The notes under the pieces are model-generated. The model did not search any database and was not told the DNA's origin. It was given only the letters and a program-made list of their open reading frames with translations. The position numbers were made by a program, and so were the translations under genes. From Cenococcum geophilum (lineage: Eukaryota), in NCBI GenBank assembly GCA_050273025.1, contig CP158636.1:2914001-2978000 (forward strand): DNA of 64,000 bases, in the 5' to 3' direction. This document shows, one piece after another, positions 49,239 through 61,100 of this stretch; the stretch's first letter is position 1; each line of letters opens with the position of its first letter.

Positions 49239-52200
49239 GTTGTCCAACCTACTATATTTAATACTATAACTAGGTAGTAATTATATAACAAAACCTTATA
49301 GCGAAAACTACGATGGGTCCTATTATTGGGCTAGGTGTGTAGGAAATGCAAATAATAATAGTCAACAAGTAATAATAACTAGTGGAGTGGTTGCCCAATA
49401 AATTAACTCCAATTATATTCTAAGAATTACTATAAGGAAGGAACTATCTAAGTAGGGACTAAGGGTCCTTAAATACACAACCGTACTCCTATAAAATCCG
49501 TCTTGTATATAATATACGTCTTATACATAAGGTACGTAAGTTCCTCTTATTCCTTTTGTTTAATACGTAGCACATTATATAACCTTAGTTACCATTCCTC
49601 GTCACATGGTTCTATTAGCTCCATCCTAGACCGTACTTAAATTAACTAACTAGCTCTTCCAACTCTTCCCCAAGTAGTTATAACATCGTACTTAAAGCGT
49701 CCGTAACACTATAACCTATTAAAATACTAGAGAGACTATTGGAGGTTATATTATAAGACCTTATTATTAAGTTACTAAAGTTAAGAGATTCTATTACTAG
49801 ATAGGAGCATAACGCAATCCTTATAATAATAGATAAGTTAACTAGGTAGGGCTACTTTATAGTATATATAGAAGAAATCTGTTACGGAACCCCACCGTAG
49901 GGGCCTCTATAGGAGAGCCCCGTGCTCTCGCGTACACCTCGCGTATAGCTTATATCAGCTACGCGTAGGTATATCACCTCCTTACGCCCTCGACCCTTAC
50001 GATCGATCGCGCAACGTCTTATAGACTCCTCGAATATATACGCTTTATAGCCACTGCCCCCATCCCGTGACATTACGTTACGCCTTTTTTATTACTAACG
50101 CCTACAACCAATTCTATATCTTTATAATACTGCAGGCGCTGCTAAAAGCAGTGTGTCTATAAATTACCTTACTTTATACTTCTAAGGAACCCATAATAGT
50201 AAGACAATATCCCTTACTAGCTATTATATTAAACCTAAAGAATAATCTAATATCTATATTTAACCTATAACGCCAATTAATCCTAGGAGAATTTAATTTA
50301 TTAGCCCTAGCCTTAACCCCTAAGGAGACGGACACCAATAATATCTTATCTTTTATTAATTATATAACTACGGACAAGTAAATAGAAGGCTGCTACTTAT
50401 TAAAATTAAAATATAAGACGCTAAGACGTTTATAAAAATAGTAGCACAAGACCCTAATAAATACTACCGCCTTCTATAGAACTATTACCTAAAGCTTATA
50501 TAAGCCAAGATATGTACTACCTAAGATTACAATATTATCTAAGACCTATAAGCTTGTAAGGCGCTCGCCAATAATATACGTTAAGAAACTAAAGATAACC
50601 TCTGCGTGTCTAAACGCGACGTCTAATAGTTAAAGAAGGCTAAGATTATACTAATTACTATAGTTACTAAAAGAGAAGGCATAATTAAATACCTATAATC
50701 TTAGCTTAATAAGTATATTTATAATAACACTAGATACCTCTTTACTATATATAACGCCACCTAAGTCTCTATACCCCTATTAACTTTACCTACTTAATGC
50801 TTAATAAAGGGCTAGCGCTAAGCAGCTTTACCTAATAAAAACCCCTACTAAAGCAGTAATAATAAAAGCTATAATAATTGGACCTAAACTGCTACCGTAG
50901 GGTCTAATATATACTACTCTAATTCCCTAGTTTTTTAGGGAGACCGTAAGGAATACAGCTACTAGAAGATGTAAATCCACAAAAAACTAACTTAGAGCGC
51001 CTATCTTTTTCTTATAGAAGACACTAAGATTAACTATATTATTAGGCGAATAAAGGGTATACCGTTTAATAGACTCTTCGCCTAATAGGAGACGAGTAGC
51101 CCCTAAAAGTGGCAGTCCTACTAAAAAGTCCTTAATAATCTTAACCTAATATACCGTAACTATAACCTACTAGCCACTAACTAAGCTAAACTATATGCCC
51201 TAAAGATAAGCCCTACTAAATTATTTATTAAATTCTATATTAAATTCTAGAAATATACCGGAGCCCTTACCTAAGATAATACTAAAGACTAAGAGGACCT
51301 CCTTAAAAAAGTTACTTATTACCTTAGTTACGCAGCCGCTAGCTATAACTATAACAATATTTATAATATAGTAGCAGCTTTATAGAAGATTAAACGATAA
51401 CTAAATTAGATTACTACTACTAACCCTTACCTAAAGACCTCTCTATAGAAGCCCCCTTGGCCTACTAAACCCATATATACTAAGCCACTAACGCCTACTA
51501 CCTTAAGTACTACCGGAACTAATATTAATTTCTCTATACTAACCTTCCTATAAAAACTCCTAGATAGAAAGCGCGAGCTACTTTAGAAACTAGGATGCTG
51601 CTATAAATGCCGTTAAGAAGGCTATTATTGCGATAACCTAAACTACCTAATAGCTAGGTTTAGTAGCTACTACCTAATACCTAACCTAATACCCTAAATA
51701 CTAAATACGTTACTATATGCCACTACTATATAAAACGAAGACGCAGTAATAGCGGTAGAGTTAGATACGGAAACGGAAAACGCTAAGTCCTAGCCCTAAG
51801 TTATAGGTTAGGACGCCCTAATAATAAAGGGATCTATATATTGGCTTACTTAATAAATAACTTTATAAAAATAAATAGATGGAAATAGATAGTTTTACCT
51901 ATAATAGGAACTACTGCTAAAAAATAATATAAAAGCCGTTTTATAATTAATTGCGAAGCTACTAATAAATTTATAGATATCTAATTTATATATACTTATA
52001 ACCTACCTACCTTACCCTTTACTAAAGCCCGCGCCCTATAACTCGCTAATAGTAATTATACCGTATAGAAGATTACCTATATAGTATAACTTTACCTAGA
52101 TATAAATAGGCACCAGGAAGAACTCTAGGCCTATATTATACCACTTACTAACTACCCTATTATCCTTAAAATAAACTAGCTTAAATAATACAACCCCGCC

Positions 52201-52920
52201 ATTAACTAGAAGAAGAGAGAAGTAACCTTTAACTCTAAATACTGTAGAGAGACTTGCCTAGGGCATAGCCTAGCCGCCTCTATTTACTCCCTAGGATACT
52301 AACCTAAAGAACCCCTTATTACTCTACCTATAACTAACTGCCACTATATAAGTGCCCTAGCCTTCTACCGTATAGCACGTAAAAAGGCTAAACCGTTACT
52401 ATAGCTTCCTAATTATAACTATATAAGCTTAATAAAGAATAGGACTATGTCCTCTATAGTAATAAAATAGATATAGTCGACCTTCTAAAAGATAACGCCC
52501 CTATAGAACTTTACGGACTTTTACCTTTAGACTTTAAGAAGTTTATAAAGCTTAAAAAAGGACTTACTAACGAAGAACTCCGCAAGCTCCTCCTTAAAAG
52601 GTACTATAACTTTACTAATATATGCTTATAAAAGAGCGCAGATATACTCCCTCTCTATCGACCTAATAACTATACCATTAACATTAAATAAGGAAAAATA
52701 CTACCTTATAAGAGACCCTACCCAATATTAAAAGACAAACTTCTAGTTGTAAAAAAGGATATTAACGAGCACCTTAATAAAGGATTTATTCGTCCTAGTA
52801 TATTACTAGCAGCCGCCCCTATCCTTCTCGCTAAGAAGCTAGGAGGAGGTATCTAATTATAGAGGACTTAACGCTATTACGATTAAAAACCAATACCTAG
52901 TACCGCTTATATATAAGACC

Positions 52921-53998
52921 ATTTAAGCGCAGACGACCTCCTCTATAACTAGTCTGCCGCAGAGCAGACAACCCCCTCTACAACTAGTCTGCCGCAGGGC
53001 AGACGACCTCTTCTACAACCAGTCTGCCGTAGGGCAGACGACCTCTTCTATAACAGTCTGCCGTAGGGCAGACGACCTCTTCTACAACAGTCTGCCGCAG
53101 GGTAGACGACCTCCTCTACAACAGTCTGCCGCAGGGCAGACGACCTCCTCTATAACAGTCTGCCGCAGGGCAGACGACCTCCTCTACAACCAGTCTACAG
53201 CCGTTATACTATAGACGACCTCTACTGCAACCGGTCTACGGCTGTCGCGCTATAGGCAATCAAACTATAGAGGACCGCAGGCGTACCGTAGGCGCACCGT
53301 AGGCGTACCGCAGACGATGCACTGCTAGGGTAGCTATAGTAGGGGATAGGGGAAGGGGACCGGCCCGTGTTACCATTAGTACGTTAAATATAAGGTATAT
53401 AGGCGAATTGGTGTTTATACCCTATACAGACAACCTCGTGAAAAATTTCCTATGGGAGTAGGTTTATGTAACGAGGTTCGCCCTTATAAAATACTATTAG
53501 TAGGTTACTTTTGGGGAGAGTACCTACTAATTACTAATTCCCTACCCTTTTCTTTAGCAAGGAGAAGAAATAGGGTATAGGATAAAAAGTCGTATAGGAA
53601 TAACTGGTAGTTATCTTTAAGCTAGCAAACTATGTACGCCTTTAGTTCTTATATGCAAAACAGTTTTAAAATTCACCTTTTAGAGCGCTTTTTCTACTCT
53701 AGGAACGGCAGAATACGGCAGAAATAGATAAAAGAGCTAGAATTTCCTTAGTGCGATTTTGGTATAAACTAGACAGTAGTGAGCAAAATACCAGAATAAG
53801 ACACCAATAGGCTAGGAGCTCCCCCTAGTATTTAAAACGGGCCAGAGTGTCTACTTAGCTACTAGTATATATTAAGCTGCCTAGAAAGGATTTATGTATA
53901 TAAAACTATAGCGCTATAGCCTAGAGGCTGCATACGCAGTATTATACGTAGTATAATACAACGGACCTAAAAAAAATAAAAAATAAAAAAAATAAAAA
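52921..53998. mobile_element. Unclassified ~1.08-kb non-coding insertion with hairpin tandem repeats and an (A6-8T)n tail
   Basis: Splits the G RT motif PLI.ET|LKRL..AKIYTKLD and is flanked by a 4-6 bp duplication (aagacc at 52915-52920 and 53999-54004). Removing it restores the reading frame. Confidence 0.8.
52929..53240 (+). repeat. Tandem array of 34-35 bp units (GCAGACGACCTCCTCTACAAC(C)AGTCTGCCGCAGG)
   Basis: Seven complete units plus two degenerate ones. Unit junctions form GTCTGCC-GCAG-GGCAGAC hairpins. Confidence 0.95.
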
Positions 53999-56900
53999 AA
54001 GACCCTTAAGCGGCTTAGTTAAGCCAAAATCTATACTAAGCTTAATATTATCGCCGCCTTTAACTATTTCCGAATACGGGAAGGTAACAAATAGAAAACC
54101 GCATTCGCATTACACTTCGGCCAATTTAAATATACCGTTATGCCCTTTAGCGTATATAACGGCCTAGGCACCTTCTAAAGCTATATTAATAACGCCTTAT
54201 AGGACTACCTCGACGACTTCTACTCTGCGTACCTGGATAATATACTTATTTATAGCAATAACCCCTTTAAGCATACTAAACACGTTTAAAAGGTCCTATA
54301 GCGCCTTAGGGACACAGGACTTTATATTAATTTAAAGAAATGCGAATTCTTAGTTACAGAAGTAAAATACCTTAGACTAATTGTTACTACTAAGGGTGTC
54401 CATATAGACCCCAAAAAGGTACGCATAATTACTAAATAGCAAGCCCCTAACTGCATTAAGGACGTATAAGCCTTCCTTAGTTTTGCTAACTTCTATTAGA
54501 AATTTATATATAACTTCTTAGGCGTAGTAGCACTACTTATAGTAATAATGCAAATAAAGGGCCTTTCTATAAAAGGAAGAAAAACGTACCTACGCTTTAC
54601 CTAGACGCCTAAATACAAGAAGGCGTTCTAAGACCTTAAAAATGCCTTTACTAAAGCACCTGTTTTAGCTCACTTTATACTAGGACAATAACTCTACCTT
54701 AAAACCAACTCCTTAGACTACGTTAACGTAGGCATCCTCTCCTAAATAGGTAACAATGGTCTCCTTTACCTAGTTATATTCTACTCATCTAAGCTTATAC
54801 TATAAGAGTGTAACTATAAAATCTATAATAAAGAACTCCTTATAATTATATAAGCGTTTAAAGAATTCTAACCAGAACTCTCCTTAGTAAAGCCTAACTA
54901 GCTAACTGAAGTCCTTACGGACCATCGCAACCTTAAGTACTTTATAACTATAAAGTAGCTAAACTAATACTAAATACGTTAGAATAAGTTCCTCTCTAGT
55001 TTTAACTTTAAAATTATATATAGACTAGAAGTATAAGGTACTAAACCTAATAGCCTAATACGCTGCTTATAAGACCTTCCTTAGTTTAAAAATAACCCCT
55101 ATAATTAGTTCCAATAATAGATAATTCTAAAAGTATAAAATTTGGCCCTAGGTATACTACCTATAATAGAGCCAACTATACCCTAGCTTTATACTATAAA
55201 ACTAAAGTTACCTCCTAAAATTAATAAGCTTATTACTACGGTATATAACGCCTCTGTTAACCTATTACTATATTAACTTATTACTATAAAGACCACTAGC
55301 GCCTATACGCTGCCTACTAACCTCTAAAGCTTAGGCTAGATTAATATAGTAGCCTTAGAAGTAAAAGAGAATAGGCTCTATTATAGAGGCCGCCTATTTA
55401 TCCCTAACTTAGAAAATTTATAACGGCAACTAATCTAAATAGCCTATAACCTCTAATTAAGCGGCTATCTAGGCAGAGGAGGAACCTATAAGCTTCTTAG
55501 CCGATACTACTTCTAGCTAAAAATAATAGACTTAGTTAAACGCTTTATAGGCGCCTACTACGGTTATAAGCGCGCTAAGGCCTTTAATATAAAGTACTAA
55601 GGACTACTATACCCTCTACTAGTACCTATATAACAATAGGCAGATATTGCTATAGATTTTGTTATTAACCTACTACCCTATAAACGATATAGCTATACCT
55701 ATAAGAACATCCTTATAATAATATGCCGACTTATAAAAGAGTGCCACTACGTCCTAATCAAAGGTATAGCTATTAGCAACGTTACTAACGCCTTCCTCTA
55801 TAAAGTTTACCGAACTATATAGGTTACCTGACTTAATTACGTCTAACTAAGGCATATAATTTAACTCTAATATATAAAGACGAATCTACTAACGCCTTAG
55901 CATCTTCGTTAAGATATCTATATCTTTTTATTATAAAACTGCTGGGTAACCGGAAAACGCTAATGCCAGTATAAAAGCGTACCTACGATAGGTAGTCGCC
56001 TATAGTTAAGATAACTGGGTAAATTACCTCCTACTAGATAAATTTATAGCAAATAACTACGTCTTAACCACTATAGGACTTACCCTGTTCTTCGCGAATA
56101 AGGGTTATTACTTCTAATCTAGCATAGAGCCACTAGAACCTATTAATAAGAAACTGCTATATAGAAAACGTCTTAAGATGCTACTTACTAACTAGTATAT
56201 AGACTATATAAAAAATCTACTTAATTACTATAAGGGAGAAATGGCCTAGGCTTAAGTAAAGCAGGCCTACTTCGCTAACTGTTATAGAACGCCACTACTA
56301 GAGATACGTATTAGCAACTAGGTATAGCTAGATATATATAATATCTCTATACAGAGGCCTATAAAGTTACTTAATTATAAGAACCTTAGCCCCTATCTAA
56401 TTAAATGAGTTATTAATAGGGGAGCTGTATATAAGCTAGAACTCCCACCTACCTTAACTGCCCGTAGGATATAGCCCGTATTTTACCTATAGCTACTATA
56501 CCTCTATTAGCCTAACCCCTTACTAGGGCAGATACAGCCTAAACCCCTACTAGTATTAATCCGAGATAAGAACAAAGACAAAAACTATAAGGAGTGGACC
56601 GTTATACGAATTATTAACTCTAAATACTTTAGTAAAGGTAGAGGACGACGGCTCTACTACAGAGCTATATATATAGGATTTAATATAGATTAGCCAGAAT
56701 AGTAACTATAGGAAGACTTTAAAAATATAAAGGATCTAATTAGCGACTTTTACTACGCGAACCTATAGAAACTGGGCCTAAGTAGAGACTTTATACCTAA
56801 TCCTCTATAGGAGCCTTTATAGAGTTAAACCGTTATACATTACTATATAAGGGCAAATTGCCGTTAAATTGCCGTTAAATTGTGGTAAAGTGCGATTACG

Positions 56901-58130
56901 TAACTAAAATATCGTTAAGATGTCCAGGAACTTTAACCAGCAGTTAAAGTTATTTAATTAGTTAGATTTTTAGATGCCAAGCCCTATTATATAACGTTAT
57001 ATTAAGCCTTTAGTAATACCCCCCTTTTTTTTCTTTTCTATACCTTAAGTGTCCCTTTTATATATATATAGTAACCACAGCGTCGCTAGAGCTCCGCCTC
57101 TATAAGAGGGGGGGTAGTATTATAAAACCCTACCGCAGGGGCCTCTATAGGAGAGTCCCATGCTCTTGCGTATACCTCGCGTATAGCTTATGTCAGCTAC
57201 GCGTAGGTATATCACCTCCTTACGCCCTCAACCCTTACGATCGATCGCGTAACGTCTTGTAGACTCCTCAAATACATACGCTTTGTAGCCACTGCCCCCA
57301 TCCCGTAACAAAATCTTAGCAGAAAACGTCGCTAGAATCTATATTAAGGAAGTATTTATAAGATATAGAGTACTAAATAAAATTATATCGGATAGAGACC
57401 TAAGATTTATAGTAGTATTCTAGGAGGTATTCTTAGCAGAATAAGGAGTTTGCGTAGTAATATTAATAGCATACTACCCGCAGATAGACAGTTAAATAAA
57501 AAGATTAAATTAGACGCTAAAATAGTATTTAAGATATTATATTAATCACATATAGAATAATTAGGTATTATTATTACCAGTTATATAGTTTGCATATAAT
57601 ATAACACCGCAAGAAGGAATAGGTATATTACTATTTAAGGCAAATTACGAGTATAAGCTAAGAATATCGTTATTATTATAATAAGCGAAGAAAATAAGTA
57701 GTATAGCTAAAGAAAGGATAAAGACCCTAATAAATCTTTATATAGACCTTATAGGATTAATAAAGACAGTATAAAAGAAAATAAAAAAGTACTATAATAC
57801 TAAGAGATTTAAGGGACTAGATCTTAAGGAGGGGGACAAAGTGTAGCTACTATATAAAAATTTTAAGAGTTAATAACTAAGTAAGAAGTTAAACTATATT
57901 AGGTTAGGACCTTTTAAAATTATATAAAGGATTTTACTAGTTATATTTAAGTTAAACCTATTAGCTAAAATAAAGGTGTACCCTATATAGTATATTGTAA
58001 TACTAGAGCTAGTATATAGAAATATTAAGCTACCAATTTATAAAGCAAATATATATAGAGGATAAAAAAAAGATAAATAGTAAGTTTTAAAGATCGTTAG
58101 TTATAAGAACATTATATAAGGTAAGGATAG

Positions 58131-61100
58131 TATTAGGATACTTTAATATAGTGTAATAGACGTAATATACGTGCAGTGCAGTGTATAGTTAGATTCTTAA
58201 GGTCCTATTCTATAGTGTAGTGTTTAACAATATATATGCGTTTCGCGTAGTTTATATACTCTATATACGTAACACATAAAACAAATAACTACCAGCCGTG
58301 CTGTCTCCTTTGTCTATTCCTATATTCCAATACTAGCAACTATTTAAATGCTAGAAAACCAATAGAACCTCTTTTGTAATAGTAAAGATATTAAGCTAAA
58401 GGGAGGAAGAAGAAGAATTATTAAATAGCAGGTAGATATATCGCGGGGGCCGCTAAGGCGCTAGTGTTAAGCGAGCTAATAGCGATTTTCCATGCCGGGT
58501 ATGGAAAATCCTAATTAGTTAAATCTCCTTTCGTATTAAATATCTTTCCGTTTTACCTACTCTATAGTTTACAGTTCTAAGTAATTGGTATTAATTAACT
58601 TCTTAAGAGCTATAGATACCTTGCTTTTAGTTATTAAGTTAGCAGGGTTACTATTACTATTAATTTACTTAACTTCTATAACCTCCCTACGCTTATATAA
58701 TTAATAAAGAGACATAACGTTTATTATAAGACGTTTCTCTTATATAGTGCCTAGCTTAATAAGATATTTATAAAGTAATTTTAAGTCGGTATAAAGTACT
58801 AGTAGGAGTTCGATTTATAGAAGTTATTTAATAGTTAACTTAATTACGACGCCAATATTAAATCTATAGGCCATTACGTAGAGTTCTAAGGCTAGTACGC
58901 TTCTGGTAACTCTTTTACACTTAATTAATAACTAGTGGATAATATTAGCCTTATATAACGCGTCCTCTAATACTAGTATATATCCTATTTATAATAAGAG
59001 GTCCTTATTATTGGCGAATAAGGCGTTAATAAAAGTAAGTAGGCGTAATATATTAATGTCTAGTTTAACAAATATAAGGCCTCTTATTAGGTTATTAATT
59101 TGCAATTATAGTTGTTTATTAAGTACTATAATATCTTCCTTTTTAGGGTTAATTACCTGGGCGGTAAAAGAGAGATTAAAGGAGGCTTTTGGTTAATATA
59201 TAGAGGTAATATACGCGCCTCTTGCGCGTTACGCAATGTATTATTCCTTTATAGTTAGTATATTACGGACGGTACCTCTTAAGCTTATAGTTATAGCTAC
59301 TTTACTAAGGTAAACTATGTTTAGGTTCTTATACTGGCGTTTTTAGGTTATTATAATATTGTCTTTCTAAAAGAGTTAAATAATACATCTATTGAATTTA
59401 AGTAACTACTTAACCGTAAGTTGCTCGCTCTCTTTTACAAGAAAGTAAGCCTTTTTTAGCTGCTATTGTTCCGCGTCTACAAAGGTGGTATTAGCTAGAA
59501 AGAGAGTGTCGTTAGTTTAAAGGCTAATAATGCTAAAGTAGTTAGGAGTGTTACTCTATAAGAGGTAAGGATTATATATTAATAAGTTTATATTTAATTC
59601 CTTAATATAATAATTATAGTAGGTTATAAACTAGTAATTACCTACTTCTGGGACACCGTATAAAGGCTTAATTACCTTTAGGATTAAGTTCTTTCTAATA
59701 CCTAGTTGGCTTCCTAGTTTGTAAGGTGGTCGGATATAAAAGTCTTAATTTAGCTTTATAAGAGACTAGATATACGCCTAAGATATATTTTATAGGTATA
59801 ACTGTATACCGTTACCTTGTAGTATTACTACAGTGCATAGAATAAGGTGTTAGCTAACTTATTAAATGGTAAGTAACTAGGTTAGTATAATGCCTTTTTT
59901 AAAATCGTTATACGCTTAGACGACGAGTTTTAATTTCTTAAAGGCTTTGTTAGTATCGGGGTTCTTAATCTTATCTATAAATTATAAGTTAAAAATTCTG
60001 GTTCCCGCAGGTACGTCTTAAGGGTTAATTATCTTAAATACGCCCTTTTTAATTAGTCCTGTAATTTCCTTTTAACGGGACGTTTTGAACTGCTTATTAT
60101 TGCTATCCTCTTATAAGAATACAGTAATGTCAGCAGTATTAATATAAGGGGGATACTTGTAGGGTTTTCCTCTTCCTTAGCGGGGTGGTTGTGCTTCTTT
60201 AGTTTTAGTAAGGGACGGTTTCTATATAGAGACGGTTTCTATAGTGGGTTAAATGCTATTAGTTTAGATATTATTAACTTAGGTACTATTAGCTTAAATA
60301 TCTTTGGCCTAAATATATTTGGGGTCTATTAAGTATAGTTTAATAATAGTGTTATGGAACTTTATAGGGCTGCTGGGTAGGTTAATAGTATATATTTCTC
60401 CTTTAATATTTAGTAGATTATATAGTTCTGCCTAGTATTTAGGTTGTCCCATATTGCCTTCTCTCTAAATTAGTATTAAAGAGTTAAGGGGTAGATTATA
60501 AATTGCGGTAGTCTTGGGGCTATTGCGTATATTAAGTATATCTACAACCTAGCGTTCCGCTTATATTTTCTTTACTTCCTCTATAGCTTTCTTAAGTATA
60601 ATTATACGCTATATTACTATAGGTAAAGGTGCATTAGACTCTGTTATTTGGGGGTACGCTCTAAATACTAATAGTGTAGGTATTAGGCCGTCTGGTCCTA
60701 TGGAGTCATTAATTACTTTAAAGGCTATTTATAGTACTATATCCTTATTAATTCGTAGTATTTTAAAGGTAATAATATAGTATATACGTCGCAAGGGGCT
60801 ATAGTAACGCTCTACCATGCTAATTAAGTTGTGAGCTTTAACCGGTACGCTCTTTATAGTAGTGCCTATATTAACCGCGTATTGCTTAAACTCTCTACTA
60901 ATAAAGTTCTTTCCTGCGTTGTATGCAATTATATCTAGGGGGCCTAGGTATATGTTAATCTAGCACATTTATAACATGTCCTATATATACTTAGCGCTAA
61001 TATTTTATAGCTATCTACCTATTTAAAATCGGGTGCCTATATTAACCGCGTATTGCTTAAACTCTCTACTAATAAAGTTCTTTCCTGCGTTGTGTGCAAT

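Larger units (their letters stand above)
41750..49708 (-). mobile_element. Full-length Gypsy chromovirus B2 (second family B copy, 7959 bp)
   Basis: LTRs at 41750-42175 and 49284-49708, TSD ctata (41745-41749, 49709-49713). Its reverse complement is colinear with B1, with the gag ATG at 49238. Confidence 0.95.
49880..57310 (+). mobile_element. Full-length Gypsy chromovirus G with an insertion in RT
   Basis: 193-bp LTRs at 49880-50072 and 57118-57310, TSD aaatc (49875-49879, 57311-57315), PPT agagggggggtag. Gag CCHC knuckle (C.KC.QEGH...NC ~51600-51645), RT AYLDDILIY (~54227), integrase, and chromodomain (~56590-56770). Confidence 0.95.
13902..58130 (+). mobile_element. Gypsy chromovirus F (relative of B), split by five direct insertions; 3' end beyond the window
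   Basis: 5' LTR at 13902-14327. Segments 14328-14860, 15155-16111, 38210-41749, 49709-49879 and 57311-58130 align in order with B1 gag-pol up to the chromodomain, and the four complete insertions each have a TSD. Confidence 0.9.

Noticed and set aside
52929..53240. CRISPR-like array of hairpin repeats
   Set aside because: The sequences between hairpins are near-identical rather than unique spacers, there are no cas genes, and the context is a eukaryotic transposon.
4894..59196. The supplied short ORFs as real genes or small effectors
   Set aside because: All lie inside transposons. They are stop-free fragments of gag (10467, 11253), antisense or off-frame shadows of gag/pol, or LTR read-throughs (23206, 49882). 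24601-24798 is best explained as the end of exon 1 of the D antisense gene reading into its intron.
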